From a bacterium (lineage in GTDB: Bacteria; UBP14; UBA6098; B30-G16): a DNA stretch of 32,000 nucleotides. Positions within the stretch are counted from its first letter, which is position 1; each line of letters opens with the position of its first letter. Positions 1 through 9,587 of the stretch are shown piece after piece. A program made the translations under genes and the position numbers. A model generated the notes under the pieces. That model did no database searches. It worked only from the letters and a program-made list of their open reading frames with translations, and had not been told where the DNA came from. The stretch lies in assembly GCA_030613005.1 (NCBI GenBank), contig JAUWMV010000005.1:33047-65046 (forward strand), read 5' to 3'.

Positions 1-2
1 AA

Positions 3-113
3 TTTGCAGACAGTGATGCCTTAATACTACTAACTAATAAAGATGGTTCTGAGATTACAGAACTTACCTTAGGGGAACTTCTACCCAAAGTTTTCAAGTT
101 AGGTGGAAAATGA
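3..113 (+). CDS. C-terminal end of an upstream CDS truncated by the window edge, function unknown
   Basis: Frame 3 is open from the window edge ([36 protein letters not shown]). Its TGA overlaps the ATG of the next gene (ATGA, 110-113), typical of translational coupling. Confidence 0.6.
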   Translation, partial: FADSDALILLTNKDGSEITELTLGELLPKVFKLGGK

Positions 114-1228
114 TATCCGTTGCATTTGACGCTAGAATGTTCAGACCTTCGGGAATAGGAACGTATATAAGGAATTTGCTTTGTGAGTATTTAAATATTT
201 CAGATAACTTTATTTTTTCGATAATTGGAAATGAAATAAAACTTAAGGAATTAATTGGTGAATCGAAGAGATTCAAAATTAGGAATACCGACTGCCCAAT
301 ATATTCTATCTCAGAGCATTTCACAATTCCCCGATTAGCAAAAGGTGCAGATATTCTTCACATTCCACATTACAATGTTCCCATATTCTGGCACGGGAAA
401 CTTGTTGTATCGGTAATGGATATGTTGTATTGGGATCATCCGGAATTTATTTCGAGCAAAGCAGGAAAATTTTACCTGAATATTATTTCACGAAAACTTA
501 GAAAAGCAGATTGTATAATTTGTCCTTCAAAATTCACTGCATCACGAGTCATTGAAAATCTAAATTTGCCTGCCAAAAAGGTTTGTGTAGTTAATTTAAG
601 TGCGGATTTTAATCATTTTACTTCTCGGACAAACAATGCAACAAAAGATATTATAGCCAAATATAATCTCGAGTTAAAACGGTATCTTCTATTTGTGAGT
701 AATATGAAGCCTCACAAGAATCTGCAGAGAATTATTAAAGCTTTTTTGATTGCAAAGGAAAAAGGTGTGAAAGATAAACTTGTCCTTATCGGAAGTTCAA
801 AAAATTTACGAGCTGTTGAGAATATGAAAAAACTCATACATAACGGTGATATTATTTACATTGAAAATGTGAATTACAAAGAACTACCATATTTATATTG
901 TGGTGCAAAAGCTTTCATATTTCCATCATTATATGAAGGTTTCGGCATCCCACCATTGGAGGCTATGAGTTGTAGATGCCCTGTTTTGACATCTAATGAA
1001 GCATCACTTCCCGAAGTTGTGGGTGATGCTGCATTAATTGTTGATGCTTACGATATTGAATCTATCGCTAAAGGAATAGCAAGAATTGCTGACGATGTTG
1101 AACTACGTAAGAATCTTATTAACAAAGGTCGTGAGCGTATTAAGCAATTTAATTGGGAAAAAACAGCGATTCAAACTCTTGAAATCTATAAGAAAATAAA
1201 ACAGAATAATGTTACACAAGAAATTTAA
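110..1228 (+). CDS. Glycosyltransferase family 4 (GT-B fold) protein
   Basis: 372-aa ORF with '[10 protein letters not shown]' near the N-terminus and GT4 signatures '[20 protein letters not shown]' and '[44 protein letters not shown]'. Confidence 0.93.
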   Translation: MISVAFDARMFRPSGIGTYIRNLLCEYLNISDNFIFSIIGNEIKLKELIGESKRFKIRNTDCPIYSISEHFTIPRLAKGADILHIPHYNVPIFWHGKLVVSVMDMLYWDHPEFISSKAGKFYLNIISRKLRKADCIICPSKFTASRVIENLNLPAKKVCVVNLSADFNHFTSRTNNATKDIIAKYNLELKRYLLFVSNMKPHKNLQRIIKAFLIAKEKGVKDKLVLIGSSKNLRAVENMKKLIHNGDIIYIENVNYKELPYLYCGAKAFIFPSLYEGFGIPPLEAMSCRCPVLTSNEASLPEVVGDAALIVDAYDIESIAKGIARIADDVELRKNLINKGRERIKQFNWEKTAIQTLEIYKKIKQNNVTQEI

Positions 1229-2294
1229 CTGTAGGGAAACCCCAAAACAGTATCGGCTGAGTTCATACATGTACAATCTTCCGAAAGAAAAGATTGCACA
1301 GTTTCCTACCAAGCCGCGCGACTCGTCGAAGCTGTTGGTAATCAACCGAAACAGCGATTTAAATGAAACAGTTTTTAATAGATTACCAGAATACTTAAAT
1401 AAAGATGACCTTCTGGTTATTAATGATGTTAAAGTCATACCAGCGAGATTGTATGGGGAAAAATCCACTGGAGCCAATGTTGAGATTTTGCTTCTTGAAA
1501 ATTTGGAGGATTGCATTTGGAAGACGCTTGTTAAACCAGGGAAAAGACTTCCTTTGGGCGCAATAATAAATTTCAGTGGAAAACTCTCAGCGGAGGTTAT
1601 TGATTTGCTCCCGGAAGGTGAAAGAATCCTGAAGTTTTCGATGTCGAAAAGTGAGTTTTTTGAAGAACTAAATAAATTGGGACATATACCTCTTCCCCCA
1701 TACATAAATCGACCGGACATTGAAACAGACAGAACTTCATATCAAACTATTTATGCCGACAAAGTTGGAGCAATTGCTGCACCAACTGCGGGAATGCATT
1801 TCACTCAGCAACTTCTGAACGAAATCAAAGATAAAGGGGTCGAGATTGTTAGAATAACTCTTAATGTTGGCTGGGGAACATTTAAACCTATTAAGACTCC
1901 CGACATTAGAGATCACGTTATGCATAGAGAATTTTTCGAAATAAATTCGAATACAACGGTTGCGATAAACAACGCAAAAAAAGACTATCGACGGGTGATC
2001 GGTGTTGGCACGACAACAGTTAGAGCTCTTGAATCTGTGGCTAAAATTTCTATGCCATTAAAAGCACAGAGAGGATGGTCGGATATTTATATATATCCTG
2101 GTCTTGAATTAAAAGTTGTGGATGTAATGATAACAAATTTTCATCTCCCCGGTTCGTCATTGCTTGTAATGGTTTCCGCCTTTGCAGGTAATGAAATAAT
2201 TCAAAAAGCATATAGATATGCTATCGATAACAATTTCAGGTTTTTTTCTTATGGGGATGCAATGTTATTAGAGAAACAAACGACTAAGACATAA
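1209..2294 (+). CDS. queA: S-adenosylmethionine:tRNA ribosyltransferase-isomerase
   Basis: QueA motifs 'LPKEKIAQFPTKPRDSSKLLVINR', 'INDVKVIPARLYG', 'GHIPLPPYINR', 'APTAGMHFT', 'VGWGTFKPI', 'HREFFEI', 'VGTTTVRALES' and 'NFHLPGSSLLVMVSAF'. The exact start is uncertain. Confidence 0.96.
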   Translation: MLHKKFNCRETPKQYRLSSYMYNLPKEKIAQFPTKPRDSSKLLVINRNSDLNETVFNRLPEYLNKDDLLVINDVKVIPARLYGEKSTGANVEILLLENLEDCIWKTLVKPGKRLPLGAIINFSGKLSAEVIDLLPEGERILKFSMSKSEFFEELNKLGHIPLPPYINRPDIETDRTSYQTIYADKVGAIAAPTAGMHFTQQLLNEIKDKGVEIVRITLNVGWGTFKPIKTPDIRDHVMHREFFEINSNTTVAINNAKKDYRRVIGVGTTTVRALESVAKISMPLKAQRGWSDIYIYPGLELKVVDVMITNFHLPGSSLLVMVSAFAGNEIIQKAYRYAIDNNFRFFSYGDAMLLEKQTTKT

Positions 2295-2378
2295 TCGCTA
2301 AGTTCTGAAGAATAGCTTTACAATATTATTCATATTAATGAATACAAGATTTTTAATAATAATTTTTGGTTTTGTAAA

Positions 2379-3836
2379 CTATTTCAATGAATCTTTCCAC
2401 TTGAGTATTGGATTCCTGTTAGCCTTAACTTCGTCGAGACGCCTTATAGGTGTATTGAGAGGTGCATCATGAAGTAACTTCGCATCAGTTTCCGCTTCCT
2501 TTTTAATTGCTATCATTGCATCAGCAAATTCCTCGAGCGTTTCTTTGCTTTCTGTCTCTGTAGGCTCGATCATAAGCGCTTCGTGTACTATTAGTGGGAA
2601 ATAAATTGTTGGTGCATGAAAACCATAATCTAAAAGTCGCTTGGCAATATCTAATGTTTTCACACCGTATTTCTTAACTACTTCACCGGATAAGACAAAT
2701 TCATGCATTGGTGTCTCGGTATAGGGAAGTTCATAGTAATCCCGAAGCATTGAAAGCAAATAGTTTGAATTTAAAACTGCATCTTCAGAGACTCGTCGGA
2801 GACCATCGCATCCTAACGATAAAATGTATGCATAAGCTTTAACCATCACTCCAAAGGAACCCCAGAACGCTTGGAGCATTCCCATTGAATCTGGTCTATC
2901 CCAATCGAGTTTGTATTCGCCGGAATCGGATAATGAGACAATAGGTTGCGGTAGAAATTGCGCTAAGTGTTCAGCAACTGAAACTGGACCAGCACCAGGA
3001 CCTCCACCACCATGAGGTGTTGAAAATGTTTTATGTAGATTAAAATGCAATGCATCGATTCCTAAATCACCCGGTCGGACAATCCCTAGAAGTGCGTTCA
3101 TATTAGCTCCATCCATATATAGTTGTGCACCCACCGAGTGAAGCATTTCTGCTACTTTTTTTATGTTACTCTCAAAGATACCTAATGTGTTAGGGTTAGT
3201 TATCATCACAGCAGCAAGGTCCTTATCGAGGTGTTTCTCGAGGGCTTTTAAATCTATTTTTCCGTCGGATCCGGATTTTATCTCAACAGGTTGCCATCCT
3301 GAGAAAACGATAGATGCCGGATTTGTTCCGTGGGATGAGTCGGGCATTACAACCTTTTTTCGTGGGTTTCCCAAATATTCATGGTAGCGACGAATCATAG
3401 ATAAGCCTGCGAATTCACCTTGAGCTCCTGCCGCTGGTTGGAGAGTTATTGCAGTGTGCCCACCTATTTTGCAAAAAGCTTCTCCAAGCTTATGCATCAA
3501 TTCAAGTGCACCTTGGCATAATTTATCGGGTGCAGCGGGATGTAGATTGATGAATCCTGGATTTGCAGCAAGACGTTCGTTTAATTTAGGATTGAATTTC
3601 ATCGTGCATGAACCGAGAGGATAAAATCCCTTATCTACATGGTGATTCTTTGTGGAAAGCTCAATGAAGTGCCTTATAACCTGTGGCTCAGAAAGCTGAG
3701 GGAGTTCGTTGTCGCTATCGCGCAGCATCAAGGATTGAATGTTTTCTTTTAGATTACATTCCGGTACTTTTCTCTTTGGTAATTGAATCCCAATTCTGTC
3801 TTCTTTGCTTAATTCCCACAAAAGCTTGGTTTTCAT
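2379..3836 (-). CDS. gcvPB: Glycine dehydrogenase (decarboxylating), subunit 2
   Basis: 485 aa with 'GFYPLGSCTMKFNPKLNE', 'DSSHGTNPAS' and the PLP-lysine region 'HFNLHKTFSTPHGGGGPGAGPV'. Confidence 0.97.
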   Translation of the reverse strand: MKTKLLWELSKEDRIGIQLPKRKVPECNLKENIQSLMLRDSDNELPQLSEPQVIRHFIELSTKNHHVDKGFYPLGSCTMKFNPKLNERLAANPGFINLHPAAPDKLCQGALELMHKLGEAFCKIGGHTAITLQPAAGAQGEFAGLSMIRRYHEYLGNPRKKVVMPDSSHGTNPASIVFSGWQPVEIKSGSDGKIDLKALEKHLDKDLAAVMITNPNTLGIFESNIKKVAEMLHSVGAQLYMDGANMNALLGIVRPGDLGIDALHFNLHKTFSTPHGGGGPGAGPVSVAEHLAQFLPQPIVSLSDSGEYKLDWDRPDSMGMLQAFWGSFGVMVKAYAYILSLGCDGLRRVSEDAVLNSNYLLSMLRDYYELPYTETPMHEFVLSGEVVKKYGVKTLDIAKRLLDYGFHAPTIYFPLIVHEALMIEPTETESKETLEEFADAMIAIKKEAETDAKLLHDAPLNTPIRRLDEVKANRNPILKWKDSLK

Positions 3837-3848
3837 TATTTTCCCCGA

Positions 3849-5585
3849 TTATTTATTCTCATTCACTAGGAAATATTCATTGTATTCTTCATTATTGAGT
3901 AAAATTTCCACAGCTTTAAGAACTGCTGGATCTGTTTTGAGTACAATTTGCCTATAGAGTTCCTTTTCACCGAAAAGGTTTCTGACAATTTCTCTTTTAA
4001 TTCCTCTTTTTATATATGGAATACTCCTGTTGAATTCCTGTTCTTTTTCATGCTCGATTTGTTCGCAAAAGTTATTGTAAGCAAGCATCGTAGATTCTGT
4101 GAAACTATCTAATACAGCTATAGAATCAAGTGTTTCAGCAAGTTCTTCGGCTCTGCTTTTGTAAGTGAACTTTTTCTCCTTAAGGAATTCTCTGAAATCG
4201 TTTATAATGTCATCGGTAACTTCAAATTTGGGTGAATTGAATAGTTTCTCATGTTTAGCGGTATATTTCACTACAAAATCAAAAAAGAATGCTTTGCGCT
4301 CTAATGCTGCTTCAATTCTCTTAATAATGGGATTTTCAAAATGAATATCCGGTGTAATGCCACCTCCACCGTAAACAATTCTTCCGCTTTCTGTATAAAA
4401 AACCGGTTTTTCATTAACTCCTGTAGAATCTGTATCGGGTGGTTCTGGTTTGATTAACCAATTCCACGGATCAAGAGTATCCAAATCTACAGCTTCTGTG
4501 GAAGTTATAATTGCGCTTTTAGGATTTTTCAGATAATCCTCGCGTTGAATACATCTACCGCTTGGTATATAATATTTTGCAGTGCTTATCTTTAGGGCTG
4601 CACCTTGTGGTAACCTTCTTACACTCTGCACCAAACCTTTGCCGAATGTTGTCGTTCCTAAAACCAAACCTCTGTCGTGGTCTTGAATTGCTCCTGCAAC
4701 AATCTCGGAGGCTGATGCGCTTCCAACATTGACTAAAACAATCAATGGTCCATTTCGATATATACCATTGTTCTCGGTGTAGAATTGACGCGTTTCGAAT
4801 TCGCTCTTACCCTGTGTATAAACTACCAAGGAATTCTCTTGAAGAAACAGATTCGATACAGCAATAGCTTGTTGAAGAAGTCCACCTGAATTGCCTCGAA
4901 GATCTAGAATGATACCTTTAGTTTTCTTCGAGCGTAATTTTTGAAGTCCTTCCTTGAGCTGTGATGTAGCCAATTCTGAGAATTGGGAAAGTCGAATATA
5001 ACCAATATTGCTCTCAGTTACTCCATAGAACGGAACAGGATTAATTACAATTATGTCACGTGTTATTGTTACGTCGAATGGTTCTGGTTCACCCTCACGT
5101 TCAATTGTTATTGTAACATCTGTTCCCGGTTCACCTCGAAGCTTAAGAATTGCCTGATCTGTGGTTATTCCCCATGTGGATTCGCCTTCAATCTTTACAA
5201 TTTGATCTCCAGCATGAATGCCTTTTCGAAATGCAGGTGTACCCTCCATCGGTGCGATAACTGTTAGCCAATTATTTCTTATACTGATTTGTATTCCCAA
5301 ACCTCCAAATTTACCTTTTGTTTCTATGTCTAAATCTGAGAGATGTTTGGGAATCATGAATACCGTATGGGGATCAAGAGTAGATGTAATACCGTCTATT
5401 GCGCCCTTGATCAGTTTTCTATAGTCGACCGGATCCACGTAATCCCTATTAATTGTTGAGAATACGCTTTCAAGAAGTTTAAACTGCTTGAAAATTGTAT
5501 TCGCCGGACCAGTAAATGCATAAGCTATGGCTAAAATACCAAGTATTGCAAGTACTGTGAATAAATATGAAAGACGTTTACTCAT
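3849..5585 (-). CDS. S41 family C-terminal processing peptidase, PDZ domain plus long C-terminal extension
   Basis: N-terminal signal/TM segment, PDZ 'FGGLGIQISIRNNWLTVIAPMEGTPAFRKGIHAGDQIVKI', 'ILDLRGNSGGLL', catalytic Ser in 'NVGSASASEIVAGAIQD' and Lys in 'TTTFGKGLVQSV'. SD-like AGGAGG lies just upstream of ATG 5585. Confidence 0.95.
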   Translation of the reverse strand: MSKRLSYLFTVLAILGILAIAYAFTGPANTIFKQFKLLESVFSTINRDYVDPVDYRKLIKGAIDGITSTLDPHTVFMIPKHLSDLDIETKGKFGGLGIQISIRNNWLTVIAPMEGTPAFRKGIHAGDQIVKIEGESTWGITTDQAILKLRGEPGTDVTITIEREGEPEPFDVTITRDIIVINPVPFYGVTESNIGYIRLSQFSELATSQLKEGLQKLRSKKTKGIILDLRGNSGGLLQQAIAVSNLFLQENSLVVYTQGKSEFETRQFYTENNGIYRNGPLIVLVNVGSASASEIVAGAIQDHDRGLVLGTTTFGKGLVQSVRRLPQGAALKISTAKYYIPSGRCIQREDYLKNPKSAIITSTEAVDLDTLDPWNWLIKPEPPDTDSTGVNEKPVFYTESGRIVYGGGGITPDIHFENPIIKRIEAALERKAFFFDFVVKYTAKHEKLFNSPKFEVTDDIINDFREFLKEKKFTYKSRAEELAETLDSIAVLDSFTESTMLAYNNFCEQIEHEKEQEFNRSIPYIKRGIKREIVRNLFGEKELYRQIVLKTDPAVLKAVEILLNNEEYNEYFLVNENK

Positions 5586-5602
5586 CGTTTACCTCCTCGT
5601 CA

Positions 5603-7507
5603 TCACACAATTTTCTTGAAAAGGACAATTCGGTTGCCCTTTTTCATAAATGTTTTAATTAGCTCTTTATAATCCTTGTATTTTTCCGGTGAAACCCGAC
5701 ATTTTTCAAGTTCGAATTCCACTGTATACTCGATTGTATTATCAATATTATTTCCATATATAATAACATTTCCGAATTGATTGTCAATTTTCTGTTCCGG
5801 TGGAGCATAAACTAATTCATATCCCATTGGGAAGTTTATTTTATATTTAAAGATAACTTTTTGTGGTAAAGTGTTATATAACGGGAAATCACGGCTTTGC
5901 TCTGTAATTGCTGGGTATGATAACAGCATAAAAGGTGCATCAGGAAACCATAATAGCGCCATTTCTCCTTGGAACATCATATAATTATCTATAGTGAAGC
6001 CCAACTTTGCATTTACAGGACCTGTGTTTGTTTCTATACCTCTAAGCAGTGTATCTGGCACAAGGTTGGCTCCGGAGGAAATATTTGATGCTGCTTCCTG
6101 AAAAAGCTGTTTGACCTTTCTCTTCTTTTGATCTCTGAATTTAGCTCGCATGTACATTGCTGGAATTCCAGAGCATTCGAGAGTAACAGTGCCTGATGCT
6201 TTTCCGTCAGGAGTGATATTTATATCAAAATTATAAGTTGCGTTGCCATCTGAAGCTTTTAACAGGTCGGTTTGAATTAACTCACCTTTCTCAGGATCGA
6301 TAATAAGTGATTTCTCACCAGATGCTCTTCCTAAAAATCCCACATCAGCGTATCTCTGTGAAGGATATAAAAAGTACTTTTTACCATCGAGCCATACAAT
6401 TACTAAAAACTCATTCATTTGATAAGACATAGGTATATCATAGATTCTTGCACCATAGGAGGTAACTAATGCTAATGATGCATCGATCCCGATAGCTCTG
6501 AGCATCGCAGCAAGTAGAACAGACAAGTCTTTCGAGTCTCCACTTCCGTTCTCGAGTATCTTGGGTGCGGTATAGGGTTCATAACCAAAGTATTCTGGTC
6601 GAGTATCGATCTGTGTGAAATTCTGTTGAATATAGAAAAGAATAGCAGATATAGCTTCTTTTCCCTTTTTATCACCTACAATTTTTTCCGTCGCTGATTT
6701 AATTTTTTCATTAACTACGATTTTTGGTTCAGTAATTTTTGAAATTTTTGCAGATTCGTCCATCCAGGTTTTGGATAAGGAGTATAGTATTGTCGGGAAA
6801 ACTTCTCTTAACGATGGTGTGTTATTTTCTATATTCTCGCCTTTATAGTCAGTAATTTCCCAAATTAAGCTGGTTGCGTTTTTTCTCGATTTAGGTGCTC
6901 CGCTTATAGATTTCCATGTTAGTTCAACACCTTTTGAAAATTTAACCTCATAAAATCTTTTCCTTGTCGGGGGCTCATCAACCAGAACAACTAACTTCCC
7001 AAATGGCATGGAAGTATTTGTGTCGGTTTTAACAATTGCATGAATTTCGACAACAGACGATTCCGAAACTGCTGGTAATGAGATGACTTTCTGTTGAAAG
7101 TCACCGTACATAGCTGCATCGGAATAATTTGGATGAGAAATATCGTTGACTGATTTTTCATTAACGGGAATAACAGCATTGCTATTAATAGTTCTTGCGC
7201 GAATAAGTTCAACTTTCTGGAAATCGGCATTGAAATTTATTTTGTAGTTTGATAGTTCTCTTTTCCCAGCGAAATTATACAGCTTCGCTAAGAAGTAAAT
7301 CTCCCTATTATATGAACCATCGGGGCTCAGAGTAACAATGGTGCTCTCGGTAATTACATAGTAATTTGCATTAGGAAAATTTTCAGCAGGTGGGACCTGT
7401 GCCATCAATTTCGCCAAGTCCTCGGAGATTACTGTATCTGCGGATAGATCAACTGCATAAATTGATGATACTATTAATATTAATGTTAGATAAAATATCT
7501 TTTTCAT
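5603..7507 (-). CDS. Secreted DUF3857/transglutaminase-like protein with substituted catalytic residues
   Basis: 634 aa with a signal peptide 'MKKIFYLTLILIVSSIYA', a DUF3857-like N-terminal region and a transglutaminase-like core 'ENGSGDSKDLSVLLAAMLRAIGIDASLALV...MNEFLVIVWLDGKKYFLYPSQRYADVG'. Confidence 0.8.
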   Translation of the reverse strand: MKKIFYLTLILIVSSIYAVDLSADTVISEDLAKLMAQVPPAENFPNANYYVITESTIVTLSPDGSYNREIYFLAKLYNFAGKRELSNYKINFNADFQKVELIRARTINSNAVIPVNEKSVNDISHPNYSDAAMYGDFQQKVISLPAVSESSVVEIHAIVKTDTNTSMPFGKLVVLVDEPPTRKRFYEVKFSKGVELTWKSISGAPKSRKNATSLIWEITDYKGENIENNTPSLREVFPTILYSLSKTWMDESAKISKITEPKIVVNEKIKSATEKIVGDKKGKEAISAILFYIQQNFTQIDTRPEYFGYEPYTAPKILENGSGDSKDLSVLLAAMLRAIGIDASLALVTSYGARIYDIPMSYQMNEFLVIVWLDGKKYFLYPSQRYADVGFLGRASGEKSLIIDPEKGELIQTDLLKASDGNATYNFDINITPDGKASGTVTLECSGIPAMYMRAKFRDQKKRKVKQLFQEAASNISSGANLVPDTLLRGIETNTGPVNAKLGFTIDNYMMFQGEMALLWFPDAPFMLLSYPAITEQSRDFPLYNTLPQKVIFKYKINFPMGYELVYAPPEQKIDNQFGNVIIYGNNIDNTIEYTVEFELEKCRVSPEKYKDYKELIKTFMKKGNRIVLFKKIV

Positions 7508-7528
7508 ATCAGTCTCCCATTATAAGAC

Positions 7529-9571
7529 CTATAAACGATGGTCTTTTATACTCAAAATCAACATACCCTTTCGGGATGTTCTATAATTATTGAATGCTTC
7601 GCGGAAATCTTTGTAATCATCGAGAGGTATGTCGATTTCGCTAAGAATTGTCTTACTTATATAAATTACATTTTTCCCATCGATATCATACTTAGTGTCA
7701 AATTTGAAAAATTTATTGTTAATATCTGCAGATTCAGGTAAACTCACCAGAACATATTCATCAGTGAGTTCAATCGTTTCACTAATGTCTAATCGATATG
7801 GTGCAATAAGCCTTACAGGAAGATTCCTATCCTGTAAAGAGATTGCCTGATCAATGTTCATCGATAGAAGATCGAAAACCTGAGAAGCCAAAGAAGGTTG
7901 AAAAAGAAGGTAATCTCCAGCAAAAACTGCATATTCAGGAATTTTATATTCTATAATGAATTTAGCAGGTTCTGTAAGGTCGGTTACAGGATCGGGATAA
8001 ATTTTAAAATCGATTAATTCAGCGTTCGGGTCTATTTCAGTTATAAATCTGCTGATGAATCTTCTCCTATCATCTTCGGTTTGAATATAATGTCCAATTT
8101 GCCGTAATATCTCATCTGACAATCCCATACCGGTATATTCAATTTTACCAGTTAGATTTCCCTCATTGTCGATTTTAGTTACTGCGATAATTTTTCCCTC
8201 ATTGTGCTTGGGTTCGAACAGTGGGAAATACTTCAAATTTTCGCCTTTCTCAGTTAGAACTAAGAATCCGTATTTGCTGTAATGTCCAGGCAATAAATCG
8301 ATGCAAACGTCGTCGGTAACATCGATGAAAATCTCACGTCCGTCTTTAAGTCTTGCTAATGCGATCTGATGATTAAACTGGTTCATTGCTACATCGGAAA
8401 TAACATATCCCTGAACGTTTATGAGTACATTGTATGCTTCGATGCCAGCTTCTCTCAGCATAGCAACCGCTAAAGCTGCAACATCTTTGCATACACCAGA
8501 ACGAGCTTTGAAGGTTTCGTTAACATCGTGAGGTGTTATCCCTTCTTTGTCAGCCATTTGAATCCCGACATATCGAATGTCCTGCGCAACAAAGAGACTT
8601 ATAGCTCTAACAGAGTCGTATTCTGTTTTGCACGTTTCCACGAGGGCTTTTACTATAGACTTAAGCTCTGGATCTGTGATTTTCATAGGTGATTCGGTAT
8701 TTTCCCAATTCATTCTCGAATACTCCGACCAATCTACGTTTGAAAAGAGCATTAGTGGAACGAACATATTTCCAGGGGGCATAGAGGGTTCAGGAACAAT
8801 TGGAGGAACAGAATCGACTTCGAATTTCAACACATGATAATCTTTCCAATCATATTCAGAGAATTTTACAATACTATCATTATCATTTATGATTTTGTAA
8901 TTTATTTCATCAAATTTTGATTTTGGGATTAGAAATATTTCTTCAGCGTGATTCATAAACTCTGTACTTTGAAAACCAGCACCAGACGAAATCAGACCTT
9001 CATTATACGGCTTTTTAAACTTATAAGCGTAAGATATTGCAATAGCATCACCCATTCGAATCTGGGGCATGTTTACGATTTTCATTCTAAGGTTTGTCCA
9101 ATATATGTCCATTTCTGCAACACCCGCGCTGTTAACTCTGTCTATTATCAGGCTGTCAGGTACAATTTCAATAGTTGAGTCGGGGTGTATAACCATTGCA
9201 TAAACAATTTCCACATCCATCATTTGTTGATCGTATGGGAATTCGAAACTGTTGTAATTTCGGATACCTTGAATTGTAATGGGTTTGATTAAGTTGAAAG
9301 AATAGTTATCCATTCGACCGTTCTCGTCGAAAATTGTGCTGTCCTTAAGATCGATCATAATTGCATGTGTATTAGAAACGGTAAATTCATCCCCAGAACT
9401 TTCAATTTTTTTCATAAGTTCAGCTGGAGCACGTTTAAATTTGGGTTTTGCAAATCCCAATTTCCCTCGATTTGCTGAGGAAGTGGCACAACCCGTTAGG
9501 ATCGATAAGGTGACTACAACAAGGAAAAAGGTCTTAAAAGTTTTTATTATTTTTCTCTGATTACTAAACAT
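7529..9571 (-). CDS. DUF3857/transglutaminase-like lipoprotein
   Basis: 680 aa. Lipobox 'LTGC' (Cys28) after a hydrophobic stretch, followed by the transglutaminase-like core 'FKARSGVCKDVAALAVAMLREAGIEAYNVLI...FNHQIALARLKDGREIFIDVTDDV' with Cys, His and Asp present. Confidence 0.85.
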   Translation of the reverse strand: MFSNQRKIIKTFKTFFLVVVTLSILTGCATSSANRGKLGFAKPKFKRAPAELMKKIESSGDEFTVSNTHAIMIDLKDSTIFDENGRMDNYSFNLIKPITIQGIRNYNSFEFPYDQQMMDVEIVYAMVIHPDSTIEIVPDSLIIDRVNSAGVAEMDIYWTNLRMKIVNMPQIRMGDAIAISYAYKFKKPYNEGLISSGAGFQSTEFMNHAEEIFLIPKSKFDEINYKIINDNDSIVKFSEYDWKDYHVLKFEVDSVPPIVPEPSMPPGNMFVPLMLFSNVDWSEYSRMNWENTESPMKITDPELKSIVKALVETCKTEYDSVRAISLFVAQDIRYVGIQMADKEGITPHDVNETFKARSGVCKDVAALAVAMLREAGIEAYNVLINVQGYVISDVAMNQFNHQIALARLKDGREIFIDVTDDVCIDLLPGHYSKYGFLVLTEKGENLKYFPLFEPKHNEGKIIAVTKIDNEGNLTGKIEYTGMGLSDEILRQIGHYIQTEDDRRRFISRFITEIDPNAELIDFKIYPDPVTDLTEPAKFIIEYKIPEYAVFAGDYLLFQPSLASQVFDLLSMNIDQAISLQDRNLPVRLIAPYRLDISETIELTDEYVLVSLPESADINNKFFKFDTKYDIDGKNVIYISKTILSEIDIPLDDYKDFREAFNNYRTSRKGMLILSIKDHRL

Positions 9572-9587
9572 AAACTCCTCCAGTAAA

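Noticed and set aside
2295-2378. ATTCAT/ATGAAT symmetry between convergent queA and gcvPB as a bidirectional terminator
   Set aside because: Only a 6-bp AT-only stem with no convincing flanking T-runs on both sides.
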